From Centroscyllium fabricii (Eukaryota): a stretch of DNA of 64,000 nt. The position numbers and the translations under genes were made by a program. Location of the stretch: positions 342,984,001-343,048,000 of the forward strand of contig JBNRSN020000002.1 of assembly GCA_051313645.2 (NCBI GenBank). The letters are read 5' to 3'. Shown piece after piece: positions 33,481 through 46,000 of this stretch. The notes under the pieces were generated by a model. It was not told the DNA's origin and ran no database searches. It saw nothing but the letters and a program-made list of their open reading frames with translations. Each line of letters opens with the position of its first letter. Position 1 is the first letter of the stretch.

Positions 33481-35481
33481 TGTTAGGTTTTTGGTTACCG
33501 TTCCTTCGAGGTGTGTGTGCGTGAGGCTATAAGACACAGGCACAGAGAGCTTTATAACACAGGTCTTTTAATGATCGATCTCAGGTGGAAGCCCATCGAT
33601 ACATTCGGTACAGCGCCTTTTATACTCAGTGGTCCAAAGCTGCACTACAGTATCCTTCCACTATACAATAATTCCCAGTACAGCTGCTATGCCATTGGCT
33701 CACAGGCTGATACAGCGGCATTGCCATTGGCTCACAGACTGTCCATCATAGCCTACTCACATACACCACACTCCTCCCCCCTTACATGAGCACATCACCC
33801 CTCTTTGTTTTCATTAACCATCTTAACAACAGTACAATGTTATTATCATAACTAGGCAATTCTACTGTGCTCATGTACTAAAATGAACATACTACAATTT
33901 TACTTGTTACAACATGGTTGTCTAGTGACTCCTTACTTTAACATTTAACACACATTAATAAGAGTCAATGAAATTACTTTAACATTCATCCCAAGCCCTG
34001 ATATTCGGCATAAGGATCTTCCTCCGTCGTTGGAAACGTGTCCATGTATAGTCCTTGAACGGGTTTGCCCGTTACTGGGTTAATCTTGGTGTTCTTGCAG
34101 GCTTTCTGTTTAATTTCTGCAGCACTTCTTACTGCTGACTCATGCGACACCGTTATGTTAAAAGCTGTCCCCAAGGTTAAGTCTTTCTTTGTTAAGAGAA
34201 GTTTCTGTGTGCTTTCACTCAGCAATCCACAAACAAATCTGTCTCTTATTAGTTCTGTTCGCATCAAATTTAAAAGAGTAATCGCTTTCCGGTCTTCCGC
34301 TATATTATTAGCTGCACAATAAATTTCAACCCTTTTTATATAAGTGTCCCAGTTCTCGATATCATTATCGAACGCTGTTACTGTAGGGACCTTTGCCATC
34401 TTCAGGTATCATTTCTTTCCGTTTTCAAAACTTTAAAAAAAAATTCTCTTAAAATGGCTTCTGCCTCGTTTTGCTTCACAAAATGGCTGCTGCCTCGTTT
34501 TGATTCGCAAAATGGCGTTCGCCTCTTTCTCCTTTCCTAAGATGGCGCTCGCCTTCCACGATGCTTGCCGCGCCCTTTACAACGCTACTGCAGGGTAAGA
34601 AAAAAAAAAAAAGACTTCCTCAGCCCCTTTTTCCCTTCCTCCCCGTTCTTTCAGGTTCCTACTGCAGGGAAAGAAAAAAAAACGACTTCCTCAGCCCCTC
34701 TTTCTCTTCCTCCCCGTTCTTGCAGGTTCCTGCCGCGATCCCCGCGGTCTCCTCGGTGGCATGGCGTCCTGATGTCCCCAGCAGTGGCCTTCCCCACCCC
34801 CAGACACAGCGTTCCCCCTAGTAAACCACCGGGGGCTTCCCGACTCACCCCGTGTCAATTACAGCGGCGTCGGTCTCTGCAACGCCTGGCCGTCGATCTC
34901 CTCTGCCGTTTGCTGGAGAGTCAACACTGACCCTCTACAGCTGTTCTGCTCGACGTTCCTGCTTAAGGCTGCCTCTTTTTGCTGGCCAGCCCGTTTTTAG
35001 GCTAGGCTGTGCACTGTGTTTGGAGCTGCTGCTTGCCCCAGCCTCTGGTTCTGCCTCCAGGCCGTTTTTAAACAGTGATTTTCTGGCTGCTCCTCCTGAT
35101 TTTCTGGGTGCTTCTTCTTTGAATGCCCCAGTCTTCAGACTTTTTCTGAGAGTCACTGCAGGTCCAGCGTTACCCTCTATCTCGTCGCCACTGTTAGGTT
35201 TTTGGTTACCGTTCCTTCAAGGTGTGTGTGCGTGAGGCTATAAGACACAGGCACAGAGAGCTTTATAACACAGGTCTTTTAATGATCGATCTCAGGTGGA
35301 AGCCCATCGATACATTCGGTACAGCGCCTTTTATACTCAGTGGTCCAAAGCTGCACTACAGTATCCTTCCACTATACAATAGTTCCCAGTACAGCTGCTA
35401 TGCCATTGGCTCACAGGCTGATACAGCGGCATTGCCATTGGCTCACAGACTGTCCATCATAGCCTACTCACATACACCACA
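33481..35481 (-). mobile_element. 2.0-kb non-autonomous LTR retrotransposon (Gypsy/Mag-derived)
   Basis: 290-bp LTRs at 33481-33770 and 35192-35481 (I count 2 differences); TSD ATTTC; PBS TGGCGACGAG (tRNA-Ser-GCT type; plus 35181-35190); PPT GGGGGGAGGAG; no pol. Confidence 0.95.
33986..34399 (-). CDS. Internally deleted Mag-type Gag (mini-Gag), 137 aa
   Basis: F...ENWDTYIKRVEIYCAANNI..K...LL joined directly to IRDRFVCGL..E.TQKLLL.KDLTL..A; ATG in GAAGATGG context; no zinc knuckle. Confidence 0.65.
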   Translation of the reverse strand: MAKVPTVTAFDNDIENWDTYIKRVEIYCAANNIAEDRKAITLLNLMRTELIRDRFVCGLLSESTQKLLLTKKDLTLGTAFNITVSHESAVRSAAEIKQKACKNTKINPVTGKPVQGLYMDTFPTTEEDPYAEYQGLG

Positions 35482-35899
35482 ATTTCAACTAGTTAACGCA
35501 TGCTGTTCCCCTCCCTTAATGGCCCTGTTGTTTAGGGTGCTTTGTTCTTGGGGGACAGCTGTCCAGTGCAGATATTTGGTTGTTGTGAAGTTTTGAAGTT
35601 TCAGTGATGGGAAAAGTTCGAGTTAATGGTTTCTGCCTTCATGGCCGAGTTAAAGAGGGGTGTTTAGTTATGCATCAGCTTCAAGTGTTAAGATGTTACC
35701 AAGAACGATTCATCTCCGGATCCTGTCTGGTTGCAAGTGGATTGTACTCCTTGGTGTGTGTCTGCTTTCAGTTAAGTGACATTGCATGCCCTTTGACCTT
35801 GGCCATGGGCCTCTTGTCTGTTTTCAAGCCTGCAGTGTTTTGCTGGAAGTCCTTCTCTTTACGCACAGCTCCATCATTTCATAACTGTGAGGGGTGAGG

Positions 35900-38165
35900 G
35901 AATTTTGAGCATCCTACATAAGCCCTCAATGTGAAAGGCCAATTCACAAAATGACACACGCCACAACTGGAACAGGTGCCATCATTATTCTTATGCGCAG
36001 CTAACAACTGACGGCTTCCTTAAAAGAGACAGAACATTTCACCCAAGTGACTACCCTTGTGATTAATAGTGCTTTAGTTTCCTCTTACACGTGCTCCTAC
36101 GTAGTGGTGCCCCTGTGGCTTCAGCAGATGTGGAGGCCCCTTGCTCACTTTCCTGCTGCTCCTGTCTCGACCCCTTTGGCGGGCGTCCTCTGGGTTAGCC
36201 AGCAGTCTGCTGCTCCTGCGGCTGTGCAGGGGGTGAAACGCCTATCTCAGTTGGATGTGGACTCTGGCGGGGCTCTAACCGAGGGCTCTGCAGTGGCATG
36301 GAAGTGTGAGCGCTTGGAGAGGAGCCCCCACTGCCTTGAGGTCTGCCACCAACCTCCCTCTCATGGGTCAGGTCCCCCGCAGTGCCTGCAAGTAGCTGGA
36401 AATAACCTTGCTGCACATCAGGGGGGCCATGGGGACCCGTATATGCAATGGCAGTCCTACTCAGACGGACTTCTATGAAGGGCTGGTTTCTGTGTTCAAT
36501 AGATGCCCATCGCTCCTCAAGAGATGTCATTCTATTCTGAACACTCACCATGTTTTCCAGTTCCTGGCAACTTAGCTCCTGCTTGGCCGTAGCCATCCTC
36601 TCATCTACCATAACCATCCTTTCCATGGAGGTTGCCATCCTTTCCATGGTGATGCGTTGTTCTAGGGACTGTGTGTTGTTAGTTTCTATGGAAACAGTCC
36701 ATTGTGACATCACAATGGAGTGCAACCAACCTCAAAGCCCAAGTGGGTTGAGTGACAGGTCTAAGGACACGCTGCAAAGCTTTCACAGTAAGGGGCCGTC
36801 TCTCTATGAAGTATTGCAGCATCTGTCAAGGTAAGTCTTTTCAGTGTTTTCTCCACAGCTGGTCTTCAGACAAGGGGTCCCAGGGATCGGTCCTGGGACC
36901 CCAGCTATTCACAATATACATTAATGATTTAGAAAAGGGAACTAAATGTAATGTCTCCAAGTTTGCAGATGACACAAAGCTGGGAGGGCGTGTGTGCTGC
37001 GAGAAGGATACCAGGAAGCTCCAGGATGATTTGGACAGGTTGGGCGAGTGGGCTGAGACATGGCAGATGCAGTATAATGTGGATAAATGCGAGGTTATCC
37101 ACTTTGGGGGAAAAAACAGAAATGCCGACTATTATTTGAATGGCAATAGATTGGGAGAAGGGGAAGTACAATGAGAGCTGGGTGTCCTTGTGCACCAGTC
37201 ACTGAAGGTGAGCATGCAGGTGCAGCAGGCGGTTAAGAAGGCAAATGGTATGTTGGCCTTCATAGTGAAAGGGTTCGAGTACAGGAACAGGGAGGTCTTG
37301 CTGCAGTTGTACAGGGCCTTGGTGAGACCACACCTTGAGTACTGTGTGCAGTTTTGGTCTCCTTATCTAAGGAAGGGCGTACTTGCCATGGAGGGAGTGC
37401 AGAGGAGATTCACCAGGCTGATACCTGGGATGGCAGGATTGACATATGAGGAGAGACTGGGTGGACTAGGTTTGTACTCGCTGGAGTTTAGAAGATTGAG
37501 AGGGGATCTCATCGAAACGTATAAAATTCTAACTTGTTTGGACAAACTTGATGCAGGAAGAATGTTCCCGATGGTCGGAGAGTCCAGAACCAGGGGTCAT
37601 AGTCTAAGGATAAGGGGTAACTCATTTAGGACAGAGATGAGGAGGAATGTCTTCACCCAGAGAGTGGTGAACCTGTGGAATTCTCTACCACAGAGGGCGG
37701 TGGAAGCCAGTTCATTGAATATATTCAAGAAGGAGCTGGATGTTTTTCTTAAGGCTAGAGGGATCAAGGGATACGGGGAGAAGGCAGGGACAGGGTACTG
37801 AGTTTGGATGATCAGCCATGATCTTACTGAATGGCGGAGCAGGATCGAGGGGCCGAATGGCCTACTCCTGCTCCTATCTTCTATGTTTTTCTATGGGAGT
37901 CACTTACACCTCCAGGGTGTTGAAGGCTGGAAGGCATTCTGCTGTTGGTCCTTCAATGCTTTGAAGGTGAAAGTGACCAAGCCGACTGAGATCCCGCTAG
38001 CTTTCACTGGCGGGGTTTCAGGATGGCAGGGAATGGGTGGGAAGGGCTTAAAAATCGCAAGGGGCTCTTAAAATGGGATAACTCATGTCAATTACGGGCC
38101 CCTAATTACCTCAACGATCAACTCTGCCGGTGGCAGGCAGGAAAGTTTCGGGTCGGCTGGACATT
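35900..38165 (-). mobile_element. Harbinger element remnant (Myb/SANT-gene 3' part plus hairpin MITE core), split by a CR1
   Basis: ORF 36195-36725 shares RITMERMATSME and ENMxSVQNRMTSLEERW with 62743-63321; 36680-36873 plus 37896-38160 are collinear with 54310-54770. Confidence 0.65.
36874..37895 (+). mobile_element. 5'-truncated CR1
   Basis: QGSVLGP...FADD through GYGEKAGTGY, with one internal stop near 37172; 3' UTR and tail present. Confidence 0.92.
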
Positions 38166-38467
38166 TATATGATTCTATAAATAGTGCACGGTAAGGTGTT
38201 GGCAAAACACCTTTTTCACATTGAGGAGTACTTTGATTGTAGGGGAGTCACTTTTAATGATGTGCAGCCTCTTGTGGTTCAGTCTGACTAGCTTTGCGGT
38301 CCACAAAATCACCTGTTAAAATATAATACTTTACGAAACTTGCCTACTAGTTACCAAAAAGTTAGGAATAAAAGATAACTCATTGACATCTATGACATAA
38401 AGGTGTTCGTAGTGTGGTTTTACTTGCAGGAGCCCTGTATTATCAGGCGTAGAAACTTCAAAATAGT

Positions 38468-38655
38468 GCCATGGGATCTTTTATGTCCACCTGAGCCTCA
38501 GTTTAACGTCTCATTTGAAAGATGGCATCTCCAACAGTGCAGCACTCCCTCAGTACTACATTGGCATGTCACTATGGATTATGTATTCAAATGTCTGGAG
38601 TGGAACTTGAAGCCACAACCTTCTGACTCAGAGAAGAGTGCTACTACTAAGCCAT
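38468..38655 (-). mobile_element. tRNA-derived Deu-domain SINE (SacSINE1-like) fragment
   Basis: Minus strand reads TGGCTTAGTAGTAGCACTC...CTGAGTCAGAAGGTTGTGG and AGTACTGAGGGAGTGCTGCACTGTTGGAG...GAGACGTTAAAC. Confidence 0.7.
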
Positions 38656-40261
38656 GGCTGCCACCTAATGTAATAATGTTATTAAAATGTAATAATTTCT
38701 TCCAGACTGAATTTTCTACTCTGATAACCTCACCAAATTTCAGGTTAAAATGACATTGACAGATAATTAGACTTTTCCTAAATACTGTACTCCAATTTTT
38801 TCCCTAGATTGTTTACTTTATTTGTTTTGTGGTTTCCCTGTATAATATCCTATTTCCTGTATATTTTACCTATATGTAAACACTAGTAAGAACATGCCAA
38901 GATAAGAATAGTAACATTTAAACAGTTCAGATATTTTGATTCAAAGAGATACAGGAAAGCCACAAAGGAAATAGAGGAAAATGGTTAGTATATAGGAAAT
39001 AGTTTTTACATAGACAATCCATCTATCGGTCTCTGTCTATCGATTCATATGCCCATTTATCTATATATTGATCTATCTAATTAGTAATCTTATATGTAGC
39101 AAAAGTCACACCTTAAATCTGAATCTCAGACTTTAAATGTGAATGTTAATCTTTGTATTACACTTTAATAACTCCCTCAAATAACCGGGATCTGTTCTAA
39201 TTAATCATTGTGATGTGCGCAAATATCTGCTGGCATTACTTGTCAGGAATGAGGATCCAACTACCATGAAACCAATCAACCAAACTACTCAAATAATTTT
39301 TACAAAGTGGTTTCAGTGGTCCTGTTGCTTTCCAACTCACCACACCATATAACACTAATAATTAAAATTACAACATAAGAAATACATCAAATATATTGGC
39401 CCTGATCACGGTCTCTGTGACAGATTGTCCGTCTACGACCCAAAAACACTCTCTCTGGTGCAGAGTTGGGCTATATAAATGCAAGTCTTTCTTTCTTTAT
39501 TAGAGCTCCCTGCACCACCATTCTCCTGCACAGACCTACCTCTGCCTTGGGACTCAGACTTCAGAATTTGTTTCATTCGCAGCGATAGCAGTTTCAAGAA
39601 CATATGAATTAGGAGCAGGAGTAGGCCATACGGCCCCTCGAGCCTGCTCCGCCATTCAGTAAGATCCTGGCTGATCATCGACCTCAACTCCACTTTCCTG
39701 CCCGATCTCCATATCCCTTGATCTCTCTAGATTCCAAAAATCTATCTTACTCAGCCTTGAACATATTAAACGATTCAGCATCCACAGTCCTTTGGGGGAG
39801 AGAATTTCAAAGATTTACAACCCCCTGAGTGAAGAAATTCCTCCTCATCTCAGTGTTAAATGTCGACCCCTTATCCTGAGACTATGCCCCCTAGTTCTAG
39901 ACTCTCCAGCCAGGGGAAACAACCTCTCAACATCTACCCTGTCAATCCCCCTCAGAATCTTAGATGTTTCAATAAGATCACCTCTCATTCTTCTAAACTC
40001 CAGAGAGTAGAGGCCCAATCTACTCAATCTCTCCTCATAGGACAACCCTCTCATCCCAGGAATCAATCTAGTGAACCTTTGTTGCACCTTCCTCAGATAA
40101 GGAGACCAAAACTGTGCACAGTACTCCAGGCGTGGTCTCACTAAAGCCCTGTATAATTGTAGCAAGACGTCTTTACTCTTGTACTCCAACCCCCTTATAA
40201 TAAATGCCAATATGCCATTTGCCTTCCAAATTGCTTGATGTACCTGCATGCTAACTCTCTG

Positions 40262-41126
40262 GCTGGGATCTTACCTGAAGAGGCGCGTTGAGGGCGGAAC
40301 TGCTGCCTTTCGGGTTCTAGTCCTGTCCCCAGCGACATCCACTGCACAGATGCTATTTTTCGTCAATTGGCCTTGTTAAGCCCGGCCTGTGGACTTGCTG
40401 GCCAATTAAGAGAAAGCCGGTGTCAGATGATGCCAGTTGATGATGCGTCATCTGCCAGTTTTCTTAAAGGGCCCACAACCATTTTTTTTTGACAGATGAT
40501 CTGTCAGTGTTTGACAGCATTGAGATGCTGAAAACACTGACAATCACTGTACAAAGGTGAGGCCTTTCTCCCAGACTCTCCCTTGACTCTCTCCTTAGGC
40601 TAAAACAGATGGCAGTTGCAGATGAGGTAACAGAAGCAATCTGTCACAGGTGAGAGAGGTTCTCCCAATGAGGTGGGATTATATAAACACTTCAAAGCTT
40701 GCCACATACAGAAAATTCTAAACACATTAAAAATGACTTTCCCAACATTTTCTTAACTCTGCAACTCACCAGTGTCCCATTGGATCCTTCACACCACTTC
40801 TGCAGCTGTCATCTATACACAATCATTACAGTAGACCCACGGCACGCCACATTTACCCTGACGGGGTTTCCCAACGTCGGGAAGCCTACAGTAGAAGTGT
40901 CAAAATCGGAAAAAGCCTCTTATCTGCCCGTTAACTACCTGTTAATAAGCAGTTAAGTGGCTATAATCCTCTTCCCACGGCTAGGAGTCGGGTCCCTGTG
41001 CAAATAGGGGACCCGACTCCCGAGAAGATTGATTGGAGGCGGGTTTGGAAGCTGTTGCCAATCTTTTTGATTTTGCCAGCAGTCCCACCTCCAAACCCAA
41101 CCCCTGAGCACCGGCAAAATATCCCC
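40262..41126. mobile_element. Harbinger-type MITE
   Basis: 3-bp TSD CTG; CR1 sequence CTAACTCTCTGTGTTTCC rejoins across it; degenerate TIRs. Confidence 0.72.
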
Positions 41127-41286
41127 CTGTGTTTCCTGTACAAGAATAGCTAAATTTCTCTGAACACCAACATTTAATAGTTTCTCACCCTTCAAAAAAT
41201 ATTCTGTTTTCCTATTCTTCCTACCAAAGTGAATAACCTCACATTTCCCCACATTATGCTCCATGTGCCACCTTATTGCCCACTCA

Positions 41287-41849
41287 ATTCAATTCAATTC
41301 AAATTGCTTTATTGGTATGACAAGATACATCTTATGTTGCCAAAGCACAGAAAAAGGACATATACAATTGGACATACAAATGCATAACTAGACATATTGA
41401 ATGGATAACTATGCAGACACATACATATATACCCTCATATAGATCTCGTATGCTCTTCCTAGCTTCAGTGGTCACTGGTTGTCCCTCTGCTTATGGCAAG
41501 CTGTGACGTACTTTGCCGCTAGATAGATATGGGAGTTTTTGGTGGTCGTTCAAATTTTTGAATTCAGGGCATGTTGTTACAAATTTTGGGTAGAAATTCC
41601 CCCTTATGCCCTGATAGTTTTCGCAAGTTGTGAGGAAATGCAGCTCTGTCTTCACCACTCCCTGACTCAGTGGGAGCACAGCCTTTCCTCTCTGGGCAGC
41701 CAAATCTTTCTGTGTCTGTCTTTTTCGATGGCTAGGCTGTGCTCGCTAAGTCTGTACATTGTCAGGGTTTTTCTCAGTTTGCTATCTTTCACCATGGTCA
41801 GGTAATCAGCCATGGTGTACTGTCTGTTTAGGGCCAAATAACAATCTAA
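41287..41849 (-). mobile_element. 3' fragment of an RTEX-like LINE
   Basis: CYLALNRQYTMADYL...LTMYRLSEHSLAIEKDRHRKIWLPREERLCSH; AATAAA and a (TTGAA)n tail; flanked by CACTCA repeats. Clade assignment is tentative. Confidence 0.68.
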
Positions 41850-42727
41850 CACTCACTTAACCTGTCTAAATCTCTTTGCAGGCTCTTTGTGTCCTCCTCA
41901 CAGCTTACATTCCCACCTAGCTTTGTATCGTCAGCAAACCTGAAGACATTGCACACGATCCCTTCATCTAAGTCATTAATATAGATTGTAAATAGCTGAG
42001 GCCCCAACACTGATCTTTGTGGCATCCCACTAGTTACAGCTTGCCAACCTGAAAATGACCCATTTATCCCTACTCTCTGTTTTCTGTCCGTTAATCAATC
42101 CTCTATCCATGCTAATATATTACCCAAACCCCACGAGCCCCAATCTTGTATAATAAACTTTTATGTGGCACCTTATCGAATGCCTTTTGGAAATCCAAAT
42201 ATACTACATCCACTGGTTCCCTTTATCTATCCTGCTAGTTACATCCTCAAAAAAGTGTAATAAATTTATTAAACATGATTTCCCTTTCATAAAACCGTGT
42301 TGACTCTGCCTAACCATATTATGATTTTCTAAGTGCCCTGTTACCACTTCCTTAATAATGGATTCCAGTATTTTCCCGACAACTGATGTCAGGCTAACTG
42401 GCATGTAATTTCCTGTTTTCTCTCTCCCTCCTTTCTTGAATAACGGGGTTACATTTGCTACCTTCCAATCCACTGGGACCATTCTAGAATCTCGGAATTT
42501 TGGAAGATCATAACCAATGCATCCACTATCTCTGCAGCCACCTCTTTTAGCACCGTAGGGAATAGGCTGTCAGGTCCAGGGGATTAGTCAGCCTTTAGTC
42601 CCATTCGTTTCTCAAGTACTTTTTCTCTACTGATCTTAACTTTACATTCCTGACTCTCATTAGCCTCTTGGTTCCCCACTATTTTTGGTATGCTTTTTGT
42701 GTCTTCTACTGTGAAGGTAGATACAAA

Positions 42728-42992
42728 GTCATGTAATAAAGACTTACCAAGCTTTTAATGAACTAAAGCAAGGCTTTATTCAACTTATAATACAACATAA
42801 AGACAGTGAGCTAGTCCAGTCACTAGCCTCCAAGTTCCAGAGTGTCTCTGTTCGAACTGGTGCTTAAGTCCCAGTATTTATACTTCCTGGTCAGGTGCCC
42901 TCAGCTGGCCGACCAGTAACTGTTGCTAGGTTGTTTGGAAGTCCAAACAATAACTCTTCCTAGATTTATTTAGGAAGCCGTGTTTTACGACA
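42728..42992 (-). mobile_element. Solo LTR
   Basis: Ends ...ACGACA, with TATAAATA and AATAAA on the minus strand; interrupts the CR1 between CAAAG and GAAAG. Confidence 0.65.
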
Positions 42993-43036
42993 GAAAGTAT
43001 TAAAGTCTCTGCCATTTCCTTATTCCCCATTATAAG

Positions 43037-46000
43037 TGTGACCGAAATAACGACCTCGTGGATGAGTAGTTATAAGGGTGAAACAATACGGCTTTTATTC
43101 ACTAAATGGTGGACATGCACCAGGTAGTCGACCGTCCCCAGGAATGGCCGGGGGATGGGAGACGGCCGCTTATATACCTCCTCCTGGGGGGGGAGGAGTC
43201 GCGGGCGGAGCCAGCCTGGGCATGTCCAGGTAATCTTACAACAGGTTATATATAAAAATGGATATAAGCATGATTACAGAGATACATCATAGGGTGGGTA
43301 TATACAATGGAAACAGTGGTTTACCACATTCACCCCTTCTTTAAAACAAAAGTCCGGCGGGGTGAACGCGACAGTTCTTTTAAATTTACAAATTAAGTCG
43401 CTCCGGCGGCCTGGTGATCCTGGTTGAGCGTCGCACCGCTGGTGGTGTCCGCGGTCGTGGAGTGGCCGGCCGAGTTGGTTGCATTGATGGTGCTGATGCT
43501 GGTTGGCGAGCGGTGATTGACAGCGTCGATTGGTTTCTGGGTGGTGGTGCCCTTGTAGTGACAGTAGGAGGCGCGCTCTCTCCCTCGTCATCTGACTCTA
43601 GGGGGCGTGCACTGTGGAGCCATGCTGGAGGCCATGCCATGCTGCTCGCAGGTGCCGGGTAGACGTACTGCGGTGCCGGGTCCTCGTGTCGGGGAGCGTA
43701 CCTTGGCGCCGGTGGCTGGGGTGGCGTGGCTGGCCGCGGTGGCCCGGGCGGAGTGGCTGGCCGTCTTGGGTGCGCGGGCTGCTGGGCGGGGCGTCTTGGG
43801 TGCGCAGGCTGCTGGGCGGGGCTGGGTTTGGGGACTCCCGCTGGTGCCAGGTCCTTGATTGACACGGTGTCCTCCCTCCCGTCGGGGTACGCCACGTAGG
43901 TGTACTGGGGATTGGCGTGCAGGAGGTGGACCCGTTCGACCAGGGGATCTGCCTTGTGGCCCCTCATGTGCTTCCGTAGTAGGACTGGTCCCGGGGATAG
44001 CAGCCACGATGGTAGCGAGGTCCCGGAAGCTGACTTCCTGGGGAAGGCAAAAAGTCGTTCGTGAGGGGTGGCATTAGTGGCCGTACACAGGAGCGCTTCA
44101 GGGAGGACGTCCTGCCAGCGGGTGACTGGGAGGCCCTTAGACCTTAGGGCTAACAGGATGGCCTTCCAGACAGTGGCGTTCTCCCTCTCTACCTGTCCAT
44201 TCCCCCGGGGGTTGTAGCTGGTAGTCCTGCTAGTCGCGATGCCTTTGGCTAGCAGAAACTGACGCAGCTCGTCACTCATAAAGGACGCCCCCCGGTCACT
44301 ATGGATATAGCTGGGATAGCCGAACAGAGAGAAGATGCTGTGGAGGGCTTTGATGACCGTGGCGGAGGTCATGTCCGGGCAGGGGATGGCAAAGGGGAAG
44401 CGGGAGTACTCGTCTATTACGTTGAGGAAGTACACATTCCTGTTGGAGGAGGGAAGGGGTCCTTTGAAATCGACGCTGAGTCGTTCAAAGGGGCGAGTGG
44501 CCTTAATCAAATGCGCCCGGTCTGGCCGATAGAAGTGCGGCTTGCACTCCGCACAGACCTGGCAATTGCTGGTCAGGGTCTTGACCTCTTCGATGGAGTA
44601 GGGGAGGTTGCGGGACTTCACAAAGTGAACCAACCTGGTGACCCCCGGGTGGCAGAGGTCATTGTGTAAGGTTTGGAGGCGGTCTGTCTGTGCGCTGGCA
44701 CAGGTACCGCGGGATAGGGCGTCTGGGGGTTCGTTAAATTTCCCGGGCCGGTACAAGATATCGTAGTTGAACGCGGAGAGTTCAATTTTCCACCTTAATA
44801 TCTTGTCGTTCTTTATTTTACCCCGCTCTTTGTTGTTGAACATAAAAGCGACTGATCGTTGGTCAGTCAGCAGGGTAAAACGCTTGCCGGCCAGGTAGTG
44901 CTTCCAGTGACGCACTGCTTCAACGATGGCTTGGGCCTCCTTCTCGACTGAGGAGTGACGGGTCTCGAGGCCCTGGAGGGTACGCGAGAAGAAGGCCACG
45001 GGTCTGCCCGCCTGGTTAAGCGTGGCGGCCAGGGCAAAGTCCGATGCATCGCTCTCTACTTGGAATGGGACAGATTCGTCCACAGCGTGCATCGTAGCCT
45101 TCGCGATGTCGTCTTTAATGCTGCAGAACGCCGTGCGGGTATCTGCTGACAGGGGGAATGAGGTGGATTTAAGCAGTGGGCGAGCTTTGTCCGCGTAATT
45201 GGGGGTCCACTGGGCATAATAGGCAAAGAACCCCAAGCACCGTTTAAGGGCCTTGGGGGAGTGGGGGAGGGGGAGCTCCAGGAGGGGACGCATGCGGTCC
45301 GGGTCGGGACCGATGACCCCATTCTCCACAACACTGCCGAGGATGGCAAGGCGGGTGGTACTGAACACACATTTTTCGGTGTTGTACGTCAGATTGAGTG
45401 TTTTGGCGGTGTGGAGAAATTTCTGGAGGTTGGCGTAATGGTCCTGCTGATCATGGCCGCAGATGGTTACATTATCGAGGTACGGGAAAGTGGCTCGCAG
45501 CCCGTACTGATCGACTATTCGGTCCATCTCCCTTTGGAAGACCGAGACCCCATTCGTGACGCCAAACGGGACCCTGAGGAAGTGGTAGAGGTGGCCGTCA
45601 GCCTCAAAGGCAGTATAGAGACGGTCCTCTGGGCGAATGGGAAGCTGGTGATATGCGGACTTCAGATCTATGGTGGAGAATACCCTGAACTGCGCGATCT
45701 GATTCACCATGTCCGCTATCCGGGGGAGGGGGTATGCGTCTAGCTGGGTGAACCGATTGATGGTCTGACTGTAGTCTACTACCATCCGGTTCTTCGCTCC
45801 GGTTTTTACTACCACTACCTGCGCCCTCCAGGGGCTATTACTGGCCTCGATAACCCCCTCCTTCAGGAGGCGCTGCACCTCGGACTTGATAAAGTCCATG
45901 TCCCCAGCACTGTAGCGCCTACTCTTGGTGGCGACGGGCTTGCAGTCTGGGGTGAGGTTGGCAAAGAGCGAGGGAGGGGCGACCTTAAGGGTCGAGAGGC

